Source: an uncultured Nitrospiraceae bacterium (GTDB lineage: Bacteria > Nitrospirota > Nitrospiria > Nitrospirales > Nitrospiraceae). From it: 64,000 nt of DNA. Of the stretch, positions 47,697-57,513 are shown piece after piece. The number at the start of each line of letters is the position of its first letter. Positions within the stretch are counted from its first letter, which is position 1. Both the position numbers and the translations under genes were made by a program. The stretch lies in contig CAWJWJ010000002.1 of the NCBI GenBank assembly GCA_963846575.1, positions 2,112,001 to 2,176,000 on the forward strand, in the 5' to 3' direction. The notes below the pieces were generated by a model that worked only from the letters and a program-made list of their open reading frames with translations, made no database searches and was not told the DNA's origin.

Positions 47697-48596
47697 ATGA
47701 AGGTCAACCGTTGGATAGCTGTGGCCCTGCTGATCACCATCCCCAATCTCATGCCCAGCCGGACCGGAGGCATTGCAGAGGCAGCTGGAGGCTGGCCAAA
47801 CGAACCAACAGGATCAACGGTCATCGTGGACTGTCCTTTTTCCGGTAACCTCTGCCAGGGCATGTGGGACGCATATAACTCTGCTTCATTTTCAGTAGAT
47901 GCAACAGGTCCACTTTCACCAGGAAAGGTTTTGGACACCTTTATGGCCGTGAATTCGGTCACGGGAAACGGACAATGGGGTGTGGCATTACCTGATGCGA
48001 AGGAACTGTATATCGGTACTTGGTGGAGCACAAATTCAGATTTTCAGGGTTATTCAAACAACCAGAACAAAATGTTGTTCGCCAGGCGACCTGAGATCGA
48101 CAATAATTTTCTCGTCTGGCAAGGTTTTCCCGGACAGCCTAAGACCTTAAAGTGGTACGGCCAGATGACTTACGACAATTGCGGTTTGGCCGGCACATTC
48201 GGCATGTGTTATTCCCGGGGTGATGGGACTGGCTGGTTCGAACCGAACACTGGAGCCAATGCCACAGTGGCGGCGGGTTCCGGGTGGCACAAAATCGAAA
48301 TCTACCTTAAAACCAGCACGACGAAAACTTCGCGCGATGGCATCGTCCGATGGTGGCTGGACGGAGCAATGGTTGGTAATTATTCAGGTGTAAATCTCTC
48401 ACCAGGCGGCCTGCAGGATTTCCAAATCAACCATGCCTGGGACGGTTCAGGCAGCTGCGCGACACGTGATTGCACCAAGTCGTGGCACCACTACTGGGAC
48501 CACTTATACATCGCCGTGGGTCGAGGAACACCTTCCGCTGACCAACCGCCAGGCCCGCCCGCTGCCCCTAGAATAGCGGGCATAACAGTTCCTTAG
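47697..48596 (+). CDS. Secreted beta-jelly-roll protein, polysaccharide-lyase-like (paralog 2)
   Basis: GGAGG RBS; signal peptide MKVNRWIAVALL...AEA; long blocks identical to 42869..43786. Confidence 0.65.
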   Translation: MKVNRWIAVALLITIPNLMPSRTGGIAEAAGGWPNEPTGSTVIVDCPFSGNLCQGMWDAYNSASFSVDATGPLSPGKVLDTFMAVNSVTGNGQWGVALPDAKELYIGTWWSTNSDFQGYSNNQNKMLFARRPEIDNNFLVWQGFPGQPKTLKWYGQMTYDNCGLAGTFGMCYSRGDGTGWFEPNTGANATVAAGSGWHKIEIYLKTSTTKTSRDGIVRWWLDGAMVGNYSGVNLSPGGLQDFQINHAWDGSGSCATRDCTKSWHHYWDHLYIAVGRGTPSADQPPGPPAAPRIAGITVP

Positions 48597-48700
48597 TATT
48601 GAACCTCAGCGCCGGATTTTCTGAGACAGTCGATTTCAAGCAGAGCAGAAGTTTAGACAGATGCTAGGGTGACCGGTGTACCCTAATTTACGAGCGACCG

Positions 48701-48723
48701 CCCTCACCTAGCTCAGGTGAGGG
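48701..48723. terminator. Hairpin between convergent genes (possible terminator)
   Basis: CCCTCACCT-AGCTC-AGGTGAGGG 9-bp stem. Confidence 0.45.
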
Positions 48724-48765
48724 GCGCCGATACGACCTCGGACATGGTTCCCAAAATGCAACCTG

Positions 48766-50022
48766 TTAATTGGACCCGCTCGCGGCCTTTTCAGTTAATC
48801 CTCTTCGCCGGGTAGCGGCCGTGGCATAGGCTTGAGCCAGGCTATGCCCTATTATCTCCCACGAATAAGTGTTACCAACAATTGCCCGGCCTGCGTTACT
48901 CAGGTTGTGTCGCAAGGCCCCGTTCGTCAACAATCGCACGATCCCCGCGATAAACTCTGCGGGAGTGTTGGCCAAAATCAAATGCTCTTCGTGACTCAAA
49001 GATAGCCCAGAGGCCGCAAAGGTGGTACTCACCACTGGCATACCCATGGCTAAAGCATCCAGGATTTTCAAGCGAGTCCCACCCCCATCAGTGATCGGAC
49101 ATATGAACACCGTCGCCTTCTGAAAATAGGGACGGACGTCGTCCACAAAGCCAGGAACATGGATCCGTGGATCGCGCCGGCTCAAATCCAACAGCCAGCC
49201 AGGAGGATTTTTTCCAACCACATCAATTTCGAGATCTCTTACTTTCTCGCACAACCCAGGCCAGATCGAATCGAAGAAATAGGTAATGGCGCCCTTGTTC
49301 GCGAGTTGGTCCAGCCGGCCGCAAAATAACAACCTCTTCCCGCCAGGATCGGAGCGCGGCGTAAAATACGTGATATCAACACCGTTGGGAACTACACAGA
49401 TTGTGCTCTCTCCGCACAATGGTTTTAGCAATTGTCCTTCATCATTCGATACCACCATGTTGACATCAAACGCTGGACACCATTGTCGTTCCGCAGCAAG
49501 CAAGTGTGCAGCCTCTTTTGCCCAGAATATACGCCACATCAGTCTGCGTTCATTGGCGGCTCTCCTTTGAACAAGCGCGGATTCGATGTCATGATGATTC
49601 AGCACCGTGCCGGCATTAGGCACTAAGCGGACATACGGAGACAGCCCCAGTGTATCTACGTGGACCACATCAAATGGGAAACGACTCGCCAGACGCCGAA
49701 GCCGTCTGACCATCTCCTTGGATCGTAGCCACCGGAACTCATATGGCTCGCCCGTCATCAATCCGCCAAACGCACGCCAATGTCGTTCTATACCGAGCAC
49801 ATCCTTAGAGAGCGGCACCCACTCCACGCTGGCACAGAATTTCAACAAGGCGTTCACACAGTCCTGGGGGCTGACATCGTTGGGCCTAGATGCCGGTTGA
49901 TCAAAAAGAAGCGCGTGCACTTCGTGGCACTTTGCCGCTTCCTTCAGCAAATTATAATTTCTCTGGAGAGGCCCACCCTTGGGTGGATAAGCAAGATTAT
50001 GCCCTAGCCAAAGGATCCTCAT
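48766..50022 (-). CDS. Glycosyltransferase family 4
   Basis: YPPKGG..QR, HHDIES, VPNGVD, GGGTRLKILDALAMG. Confidence 0.9.
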   Translation of the reverse strand: MRILWLGHNLAYPPKGGPLQRNYNLLKEAAKCHEVHALLFDQPASRPNDVSPQDCVNALLKFCASVEWVPLSKDVLGIERHWRAFGGLMTGEPYEFRWLRSKEMVRRLRRLASRFPFDVVHVDTLGLSPYVRLVPNAGTVLNHHDIESALVQRRAANERRLMWRIFWAKEAAHLLAAERQWCPAFDVNMVVSNDEGQLLKPLCGESTICVVPNGVDITYFTPRSDPGGKRLLFCGRLDQLANKGAITYFFDSIWPGLCEKVRDLEIDVVGKNPPGWLLDLSRRDPRIHVPGFVDDVRPYFQKATVFICPITDGGGTRLKILDALAMGMPVVSTTFAASGLSLSHEEHLILANTPAEFIAGIVRLLTNGALRHNLSNAGRAIVGNTYSWEIIGHSLAQAYATAATRRRGLTEKAASGSN

Positions 50023-50081
50023 TATTCAATACCCCTTGCCAAGCTGAATCCAACTGGCGGCATGTGTTGGGGAGTTGCCAA

Positions 50082-50870
50082 CTATTCTTTGGCCATTATG
50101 TGATCGACGTGGCGAAAATGCCCCGGCTGGAGCATGAGGTAGTTCACAGACCAATGACCCTTAGGTCTTCGACGCAGATCTTTCCCATCAAAGAAGAATA
50201 TTTCATATCCATAGTTCCGCATAATACTAAACAGTTGGTGCGGTGGGGTTCCTTCAGCATCCGGATCCCCTCCTACCTCCATCAGCCACGCCGGTCTAGA
50301 CTGCTCAAAGAATCTTGCAGCCCCCTTGATCACAGCGAGCTCATGTCCCTCAACATCGCACTTAATGAATGTGATCTTGGTGGCCACGTCGAGAAATTGC
50401 GAGTCCAAAGATCTCATGGGGACATTGTAGGTCCCCTGTCCGCTACAAGCCTCATTCTCTTTGGGCTCGATCTGTGCCCGATAAAAGTTGTTTCCGCCAT
50501 ACGCATGTTGTGGAACCCGCATGATGGCCATTCCATCGACGCTCGACATCGCGTAATTCAAAGGGAGAACATTCGCGAGCCGGAGCTTTCGGACAACACC
50601 ACTCAAAACTTGAAAGGTATCTGGTATTGGCTCGATGCTGTATACCTTTCCACTTGGACCCACCGACGAAGAAAGCACATTCGTGTACCACCCGAAGTTC
50701 GCACCCATATCGATCACAGTATCACCAGGCTGCACAAGTGCTTTAACAGGCACTACATCGGTTTCCCAAAACGTTTTTACGTCACCCGCATAGTACTGCT
50801 TCTTGACCCATGTCAGAACAGGCAGAGGAAGAGCATTAGCTGCGAGGAGCCTGATTAGATATTTGGACAA
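50082..50870 (-). CDS. FkbM family methyltransferase
   Basis: DMGANFG, SIEP, IKCDVEGHE. Confidence 0.9.
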   Translation of the reverse strand: MSKYLIRLLAANALPLPVLTWVKKQYYAGDVKTFWETDVVPVKALVQPGDTVIDMGANFGWYTNVLSSSVGPSGKVYSIEPIPDTFQVLSGVVRKLRLANVLPLNYAMSSVDGMAIMRVPQHAYGGNNFYRAQIEPKENEACSGQGTYNVPMRSLDSQFLDVATKITFIKCDVEGHELAVIKGAARFFEQSRPAWLMEVGGDPDAEGTPPHQLFSIMRNYGYEIFFFDGKDLRRRPKGHWSVNYLMLQPGHFRHVDHIMAKE

Positions 50871-50966
50871 GGCGATGCTCCTCTTAACATTTCATTGCAT
50901 GGTGGATAAGCGAGGACTGAATCTGAACTATTGACACAAACGTGATTCAGCAGCTCAACGGTCGGC

Positions 50967-52118
50967 TCAACTGAGCAAGGCTTGATACATCGCAGCAGTT
51001 CGATTCGCCATGAGGCTGGCATCGAACTCATGTTCGACTTGCCTTCGCCCCGCGAGGCCAAGCTCAACCGACTTAGGCTGATCTTGAATCATTTCTCTAA
51101 GAGCTATCGCCAGTTCGCTGGCATCGGTCGGACTCACTAATATACCTGAAACGCCTTGCGAAACGACTTCCGGAATTCCACCGACCCGGCTGGCAATCAC
51201 CGGACGGGTAAGGGCAAGGGCCTCCAACAGGACCATTGGAATTCCCTCGTGCAGAGAGGGCAACACAAAGATATCCATCATGTTGATAAAATCATACGAT
51301 TGCTCTTGGTGGCCTCCGAATATCACAGCTTGTTCCAAGCCGCGGCGTTTGACTTCTTCCTCGAGGTGCTCACGTAACGGCCCCTTCCCAATGAGAAGTA
51401 GCTTCACATTGGGGTTCGTCTCGTGCAGAATTTGCAGTGCCGCCAGTAATGTAGCATGGCCTTTGACGGGAACCAACCGTCCCACCGTTCCAACCAGAAC
51501 GGTCTTGTCGTCAATATTCCACTCCGTGCGCTTCAGCGATCTCTGAACAGTTACGCGAACTGCTTCCAAATCAATCCCATTGTGAATACAGACTACCCGG
51601 TCAGCCCCGTAGATCTGAACCAAGCTCCTCTCGATGTCGGAAGATACGGCGACGACCTTGTCGATGAACCACCTGGTGGCAAACCTGTCCGCAAGGGAAT
51701 AGAGGGCCATCTTCAGATTCTTAAGCCCATTGAATGGTTCAGGCATTCCATGCACCACTCTCACCACGCGTGGCACCTGCAAGCATCGCGCAACGAGGGC
51801 CCCAAGAACCGAATCTTTGTACTTGTGAGTATGAACAATGTCCGGACGGATCTGTCGCAACTGCTTCGCTACATGGTATGCAATGGTGAGGGGATTATAA
51901 TGGCTTTCTGGAATGACCGTCAGTGAAACGGGAAGCTTCCGCAGTTCATCCGCCAGCTTTCCCTCGTTAAACAAGATAACGGTCCATTCATATCCAGGAA
52001 GGCGAGCTAGATACTTCATGAGCGCAAGTAGTTGAACTTCTGCCCCGGCCCATAAGTCCCCCATAGCCAGATGGCAGACCTTTATCGTAGAGGCCCGCTT
52101 CGAGGGCTCAGGCATCAC
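50967..52118 (-). CDS. Glycosyltransferase family 4
   Basis: GAE, IHNGID, VGRLVPVKGH, PSLHEGIPMVLLEA. Confidence 0.93.
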   Translation of the reverse strand: MMPEPSKRASTIKVCHLAMGDLWAGAEVQLLALMKYLARLPGYEWTVILFNEGKLADELRKLPVSLTVIPESHYNPLTIAYHVAKQLRQIRPDIVHTHKYKDSVLGALVARCLQVPRVVRVVHGMPEPFNGLKNLKMALYSLADRFATRWFIDKVVAVSSDIERSLVQIYGADRVVCIHNGIDLEAVRVTVQRSLKRTEWNIDDKTVLVGTVGRLVPVKGHATLLAALQILHETNPNVKLLLIGKGPLREHLEEEVKRRGLEQAVIFGGHQEQSYDFINMMDIFVLPSLHEGIPMVLLEALALTRPVIASRVGGIPEVVSQGVSGILVSPTDASELAIALREMIQDQPKSVELGLAGRRQVEHEFDASLMANRTAAMYQALLS

Positions 52119-52187
52119 GCTTCATCTGATCCATATGCGCACAAGGTCCGACCATATATACAATGACTATCCCGCCCGCGAAGCGGC

Positions 52188-53312
52188 TCACCGACAGGAT
52201 CGTAGGCATCCATCGTACAGAGTTTCATAGGCTCGCGCCATGGTGCGTAAACTGAATTGTCCTTCTGCGCGATGCTTACCGCGTTCCGCAAACTTCATTG
52301 CCTGCTCCCTATCTACCAGCAATTTTGTCACGCTCTCTGCTAAGGCCCTGCTGTCTCGGGGAGAAACGAGAAATCCTGTCTCTCCGTCGAGGACGAGTTC
52401 AGGATTGCCGCCCACGTTAGTCGCCACCACAGGTTTCTCTGCAATCATCGCTTCCAGGATCGCCATTGAAAGTCCTTCTGACAGAGAAGGGAGTACAAAC
52501 ACATCGAGGAGAGCAAGTATCCTGGAGATATCCTGCCTCAGACCAAGGAAATGCACTCGCCTATCCAGGTTCAGCCGGTGAACTTGCTCCTTCAACTCAG
52601 TCTCGAGATGGCCTCTCCCGGCAAACAGAAAGGAAGTGTTCGGACATTTTTCCAATATCGAAGGGATACCATCGATCAGATACTGATGCCCCTTCACTGG
52701 GTACAGATTTCCTACAACCCCTACGATGCGATCTTGCTCGGGCAGGTCCAACTCTTTTCTAAGCAGGTCCACCTCAGTGGCTTCACAATACGGCAGTGTG
52801 TCCACCCCGTTATAGACGACCCTGAGACGATCTGGAGAAACCCCGACCTTCTCAATAACAAATTGTTTCAGGTTCTGCGATACGGCCACCATGGTTGTCC
52901 AATGACTCACACACCGATAGGCTAGGCGACGCCGGAGTTTTTCCCAGAAATAGTTTTTGCCATGGATGGTTGCAACAAGCGGAATCCCGAGGAGAGCTGC
53001 AACAAAAGCTCCTTGCACATTGGCATCGAACTCATGTGCGTGAATTAAATCCACCCGCTCTTGCTGCAAAAGCCGTTTAAATCGAACCGCCCAACGCCAG
53101 TCTGCCATGCCGGAAGTTGGAATGATATATGTACGTACGCCGCGACTTTCGCTTCGCTCCTGAATCCACCCCGGACGAAACAGACAAAGAATAGCCCGAT
53201 ACCTCTCTGGATCTAGTGAGACAGCCAAATTACTAATGACCCGCTCAGCACCGCCTGGTCCGCTGCTCGTCGACAGATATAAGATCGTTCGAACCGATTC
53301 CGTATGTGCCAT
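52188..53312 (-). CDS. Glycosyltransferase family 4
   Basis: GGAER, VYNGVD, VGNLYPVKGH, PSLSEGLSMAILEAM. Confidence 0.93.
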   Translation of the reverse strand: MAHTESVRTILYLSTSSGPGGAERVISNLAVSLDPERYRAILCLFRPGWIQERSESRGVRTYIIPTSGMADWRWAVRFKRLLQQERVDLIHAHEFDANVQGAFVAALLGIPLVATIHGKNYFWEKLRRRLAYRCVSHWTTMVAVSQNLKQFVIEKVGVSPDRLRVVYNGVDTLPYCEATEVDLLRKELDLPEQDRIVGVVGNLYPVKGHQYLIDGIPSILEKCPNTSFLFAGRGHLETELKEQVHRLNLDRRVHFLGLRQDISRILALLDVFVLPSLSEGLSMAILEAMIAEKPVVATNVGGNPELVLDGETGFLVSPRDSRALAESVTKLLVDREQAMKFAERGKHRAEGQFSLRTMARAYETLYDGCLRSCR

Positions 53313-53435
53313 GTTCGTCGAACACCAGCCATCGCCCTGCGCATATACAACACAACAACGGCTTGCTTCAAGGCGCAGGAGCAGCACCGATACTGTACGC
53401 AGAAACTATCGTGGTCACCAGTGGGAACTCACGTG

Positions 53436-54797
53436 CTACCTCACAGGTCGAGGTCGCAACCAAGGCGATACCTTTGCCACACCATGACTGGCTGTGAGTA
53501 CAGGCTCAGCCGCAGCAAATCTTTGAGTCGTGTTTCTGAGCGCCACGGCAAGACCCATCATAATCCAGAAGGTTGGATAGTATAATGTAGAGATAAAGGT
53601 GCTGGTCACAAGATAGCCTAACATTCCACCCAATATTGCATTTCCATACAAAACGGCGCGCACGAGCTGAACATTTTTTATCGGATTAGGTTCCGCTGTA
53701 GGTCGAGCCGGCGAACGAGGTATTAAGTCCTTGACCCTGGTATCCCTATAATTGAAATACACCATCGACCCAAAAATAATCACTCCAACCAGTCCTAATT
53801 CCGGCAACAGCGTGAAGTACAGCGAGTGTGCCTGGCGTCCAGATAACGATTTGGTCTGCCATGTCCTTCCGGCAAGATATTCTCCAGACGTCCAGGGAAA
53901 GTTACTTTGCCCGACACCGAGAACTGGGTTTGCCAAAAACATTTCCCACCCTATGCCCCATGTAAATACCCGCTGCCCTGCGGTTCCTGTCTCCATTGTA
54001 CTGTCGTCGGTGATGGAAGCAATGCGGTCCCAATATTCCTGAGGAGCCGCAATGAGCACGAGCCCAGCTAGACAGAGACCCACCATCAACGACATGATTT
54101 TTCTGGGGGAATAAAACCAACAATATGCTCCCACCGCTAGCAACCCGAGAAAGCCCCCTCGAGAGCCAGTTGAGACCAGGGCCATCACAAACAGTCCGAG
54201 CAATGCCAGGTAGAGTGGTTTGATTCTACCTATGGCGCCCTGGTACATGAAGAATGCGACCGGAATGGCTACATTCATCTCCATTCCAAAATCGTTTTCA
54301 TCTCCCATCCAGCCCCCGACCCCGCGCCCGTGGTGCAGCAACCCATTAATCGCCAGCACCGTGTGCACCCCCAACCACATGAGGATAAGCTTGTGCATGC
54401 GGTTCGTGCTATCAACGAAAGCGACAATTCCCAAGTAGAAGAAGAAACATAATGTCATGTCTTTCAAAGTCATGAGCGCATGGTAATTGTTGTTCGCGAA
54501 TGGTACCCACAAGGCCATCACAACGAGCAGTGCCATCCATAGCTTCGTCTGCTTATTCGAAAAATTAGCCTTGCCTGCCATGAAGATCGCCGCTGCAAGA
54601 GAGACGTCAATGAGAGTTGGAATCGGGATGACTTTTAGCGGAGGAAAGAGGTCTTGGGGACGGCCAAACTCAAACAGCATGGCCATCATGACGAGGTAGA
54701 ATCCAAGCTTGGACTCTTGTTTTGCCGGTTGATGACGGGCCGAGGCTCCGAACCGCCCTCCCCCACCACCCTGAACCTTTTGAGTGGACTGTAGCAT
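53436..54797 (-). CDS. O-antigen ligase / Wzy-like membrane protein
   Basis: Polytopic; DENDFG, TGSRGGFLGL, GVG..NF and AHSLY..L.ELG Wzy_C-like motifs. Confidence 0.85.
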   Translation of the reverse strand: MLQSTQKVQGGGGGRFGASARHQPAKQESKLGFYLVMMAMLFEFGRPQDLFPPLKVIPIPTLIDVSLAAAIFMAGKANFSNKQTKLWMALLVVMALWVPFANNNYHALMTLKDMTLCFFFYLGIVAFVDSTNRMHKLILMWLGVHTVLAINGLLHHGRGVGGWMGDENDFGMEMNVAIPVAFFMYQGAIGRIKPLYLALLGLFVMALVSTGSRGGFLGLLAVGAYCWFYSPRKIMSLMVGLCLAGLVLIAAPQEYWDRIASITDDSTMETGTAGQRVFTWGIGWEMFLANPVLGVGQSNFPWTSGEYLAGRTWQTKSLSGRQAHSLYFTLLPELGLVGVIIFGSMVYFNYRDTRVKDLIPRSPARPTAEPNPIKNVQLVRAVLYGNAILGGMLGYLVTSTFISTLYYPTFWIMMGLAVALRNTTQRFAAAEPVLTASHGVAKVSPWLRPRPVR

Positions 54798-54842
54798 TAG
54801 GTGTCTGTTTTGGCGCTCAGTTTCACGATAAATTCTGCAGAG

Positions 54843-55589
54843 TTAGTTTGCTTTCCTCAGCGCCACAATCATGTTCGTTCTAAGTGAACGGAACGGCTGC
54901 GTCATAAGCAACCGAATCCACAGTAATTCCAAGGCAGCCAAAGGCGGAAGCATGGCGAAAATCGCATCGGTCGTGATGAGGTCGAGCTGTAATACATCGA
55001 AGTTGTTCGCTTGAGCTAGCGCTTTGACTTGGGCTTCGGTATTGGCTTTGTAGTGCGTTGGAAAAACATCGTGCTCTTGTCGTCCTTCTAGCAGGTAAAT
55101 CAACTTACCCTTCAGCCATTCTGGTACGACTTTGGATAATATCACCCCGTACCCATACGCATTGGGCGTGTGAAACAAAAATATCCCTTTCGGCTTAAGA
55201 ATTCGACTGATTTCCCGGAATTGCTCATCAGGATTATCGAGATGCTCCACTACCATGTTAGCTGTCACCAAGTCGAAGGCCTCGTTTCTAAAGGGCAACT
55301 TTGTCACATCGCCACGTAGCTTCTTCGTAATATTTGGATGGGCCTTCAGTGAAGGCAGATCATAGTCGATGCCAAATATCGCTTTGCACGTCTTTACCAG
55401 TTGACGTTCTTCGTTAATTCGCCAGCTTGGGAGGATCGAATGTCCACAGCCAATTTCCACCCACTCAACTGATGGCGTAACGTACCGCTTCAGAGCCTCC
55501 TCATACCAAGACTGAGAGTATCTCAGGGTCGGTGCAATGGCCCCTCTTAGCGTCCAATAGATATTGAACAGTCGTGTCCGTACGCTCAT
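54843..55589 (-). CDS. Class I SAM-dependent methyltransferase
   Basis: EIGCG, GDVTKLPF, FDLV, VVEHL, RILKPKG, TPN. Confidence 0.9.
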   Translation of the reverse strand: MSVRTRLFNIYWTLRGAIAPTLRYSQSWYEEALKRYVTPSVEWVEIGCGHSILPSWRINEERQLVKTCKAIFGIDYDLPSLKAHPNITKKLRGDVTKLPFRNEAFDLVTANMVVEHLDNPDEQFREISRILKPKGIFLFHTPNAYGYGVILSKVVPEWLKGKLIYLLEGRQEHDVFPTHYKANTEAQVKALAQANNFDVLQLDLITTDAIFAMLPPLAALELLWIRLLMTQPFRSLRTNMIVALRKAN

Positions 55590-55662
55590 GTCGATGCCGG
55601 GCCTCCCTTGATGATTGCCATCTGCAGTTTATCGATCCCAAGTCGCTTAGGCTTCATACTTG

Positions 55663-56265
55663 CTAGGTTTTTGCGAGCATCTTTGCCACCAAGACATCAC
55701 AGGCCTGACGGATCATCGTAAAACAGGTCTGAAAATCTTCCAAGGTGCCGCTGTAGGGATCCGCCACCTCTCTCACCGACTGGTCGTAAAACTGTCGCAG
55801 CAGGAATACCTTGCGCCTCGCCGCGGGATATAATTTGATCACCCGTTTGCGCTGCGGCCACTCCATGACGAGAATCATATCAGCCCGTTCGATCTGTTCC
55901 TTATGTAAAGGCTGAGTGGCATGGTTGCCAATCAAAAGCCCGCTCTGTGTGCCCACCACCTGCGCAAAGTGATGGGCAGGCTTTCCAAGCGATGTTTCGA
56001 GACCGGCCGATTGAATCACAGTCGTTAAGCCATGTTTTTTGACTTGTGCTTTAAGATATGCCTCCGCGAGAGGACTTCGACAGATATTGCCCTTGCAAAT
56101 GACTAAGATAGAGTGCACCGGATTCGGAAACGTCTGTCGACTGACAAGCATGCGATAACGGAAGACATTTAGAAGAGAGCGTAACGAGCGTCTGGAGGAA
56201 CGCGCAATCTCGAAGAGTGAACCGTTGCTCACATTGATCTCTGACCGAGAGTGAATCTGTGACAT
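55663..56265 (-). CDS. Low-molecular-weight protein tyrosine phosphatase
   Basis: CKGNICRSPLAE P-loop; SAG; DPY. Confidence 0.92.
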   Translation of the reverse strand: MSQIHSRSEINVSNGSLFEIARSSRRSLRSLLNVFRYRMLVSRQTFPNPVHSILVICKGNICRSPLAEAYLKAQVKKHGLTTVIQSAGLETSLGKPAHHFAQVVGTQSGLLIGNHATQPLHKEQIERADMILVMEWPQRKRVIKLYPAARRKVFLLRQFYDQSVREVADPYSGTLEDFQTCFTMIRQACDVLVAKMLAKT

Positions 56266-56274
56266 CGAATCTCC

Positions 56275-57462
56275 CTATACCAGCTTGACGTACTGCATGA
56301 TCTCGAATCGACTGGGACCAAGGTCCTCACAATCTTCAATCTCATAAAACAGGTCTCGCTCAAAAAAGCGACAGAATGACACCACCGATTGTATTTTTGA
56401 GGGTGTCCCAGGCGGGAGATTAAGAGCGCGATCGCTCTTGCTCATACGCATTAGGAGTTGGTCGACATCACCCAACAACCATCTTGATTTGACTCCCACG
56501 CGATAATTGTTTTCAGGAACCGTCTCAGGCCTTCCCATCGCCATGTTCAGGAGGAGCAGCGGAAAGTTTATCCCCGCGTCAATGGCCAATTGCAGAGATC
56601 CCCAAAAACGCCCGTTGATTTCCATGAGCAATGGAACCTTCCCGGACGCATCTCGCTTAAATTCCACCATGGCCACGCCATGCCAGTTCACACGCTGAAG
56701 GAGCTTGAGGGTAGCCTCAACCATATCCTTGGGCAACGCGATGCTTTCGCGCAATACGCTGACTCCGCCCGACGGTGGGCGCTCGCGTATTCGCCGATGA
56801 GCAAACATGCCCAACGGCTTACCCTGCTGCATCAGGACGAACAATCCCTGACCTTCGCCGATGACCCGCCGTTGAATCAACGACGGTTGGCGCAAATATG
56901 GTCGATCACGATAGAGACGCTCGAGGTCTCCAAGGGATTCGGCGTAACAGACACTGGTCTTCGTCCATCGACCGCCTTCCTTAACCAACGAGCAGCCCGG
57001 TTTCACCACCACCGGAAATTGAGTGATTCGCTCGCGCACTTCCTCAAGTCGACCATCAGGCACAAAGATGGTCTCGGGGATGGAAACCCCCGCCTCCATC
57101 GCTTCGCGCATTAATCGGTACTTATCGGAAGTTTCCTGGAACACCTGTGAGCCAGGAGTCGGAATGCATGTGTGAGGTTCGAATCGTGCTTTTTCAGGCC
57201 CAAGCACATGCATCGCAATATCCGAGACCGGGAATAACGCGTCCACCCTATGCTCACGAGCTACGTCCACTAGACGGGTAACAAACCGCTCAGGCTGTTG
57301 ATATGGAGACGGGTAGACAATGCGGTGGCGACAATAACGCGATGAACCAGCAAGAGATCGGAGGGATTCTGCACCGACGATCACCTCAACCCGCTCTCGT
57401 CCTAGCGCCCTCGTAATCGCCAGCGCCGCTCGCTCGTTTCCGTCGGTAATAAGGACTTTCAC
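56275..57462 (-). CDS. ATP-grasp domain ligase
   Basis: DKY, PVVVKP, RIRERPPSGGVS, GVAMVEFK, LMEINGRFWGS. Confidence 0.92.
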   Translation of the reverse strand: MKVLITDGNERAALAITRALGRERVEVIVGAESLRSLAGSSRYCRHRIVYPSPYQQPERFVTRLVDVAREHRVDALFPVSDIAMHVLGPEKARFEPHTCIPTPGSQVFQETSDKYRLMREAMEAGVSIPETIFVPDGRLEEVRERITQFPVVVKPGCSLVKEGGRWTKTSVCYAESLGDLERLYRDRPYLRQPSLIQRRVIGEGQGLFVLMQQGKPLGMFAHRRIRERPPSGGVSVLRESIALPKDMVEATLKLLQRVNWHGVAMVEFKRDASGKVPLLMEINGRFWGSLQLAIDAGINFPLLLLNMAMGRPETVPENNYRVGVKSRWLLGDVDQLLMRMSKSDRALNLPPGTPSKIQSVVSFCRFFERDLFYEIEDCEDLGPSRFEIMQYVKLV

Positions 57463-57513
57463 AGCTTTAGTGGTCCCACGAGACTGTCCATTGCAACCTT
57501 TTCCACATACTCC

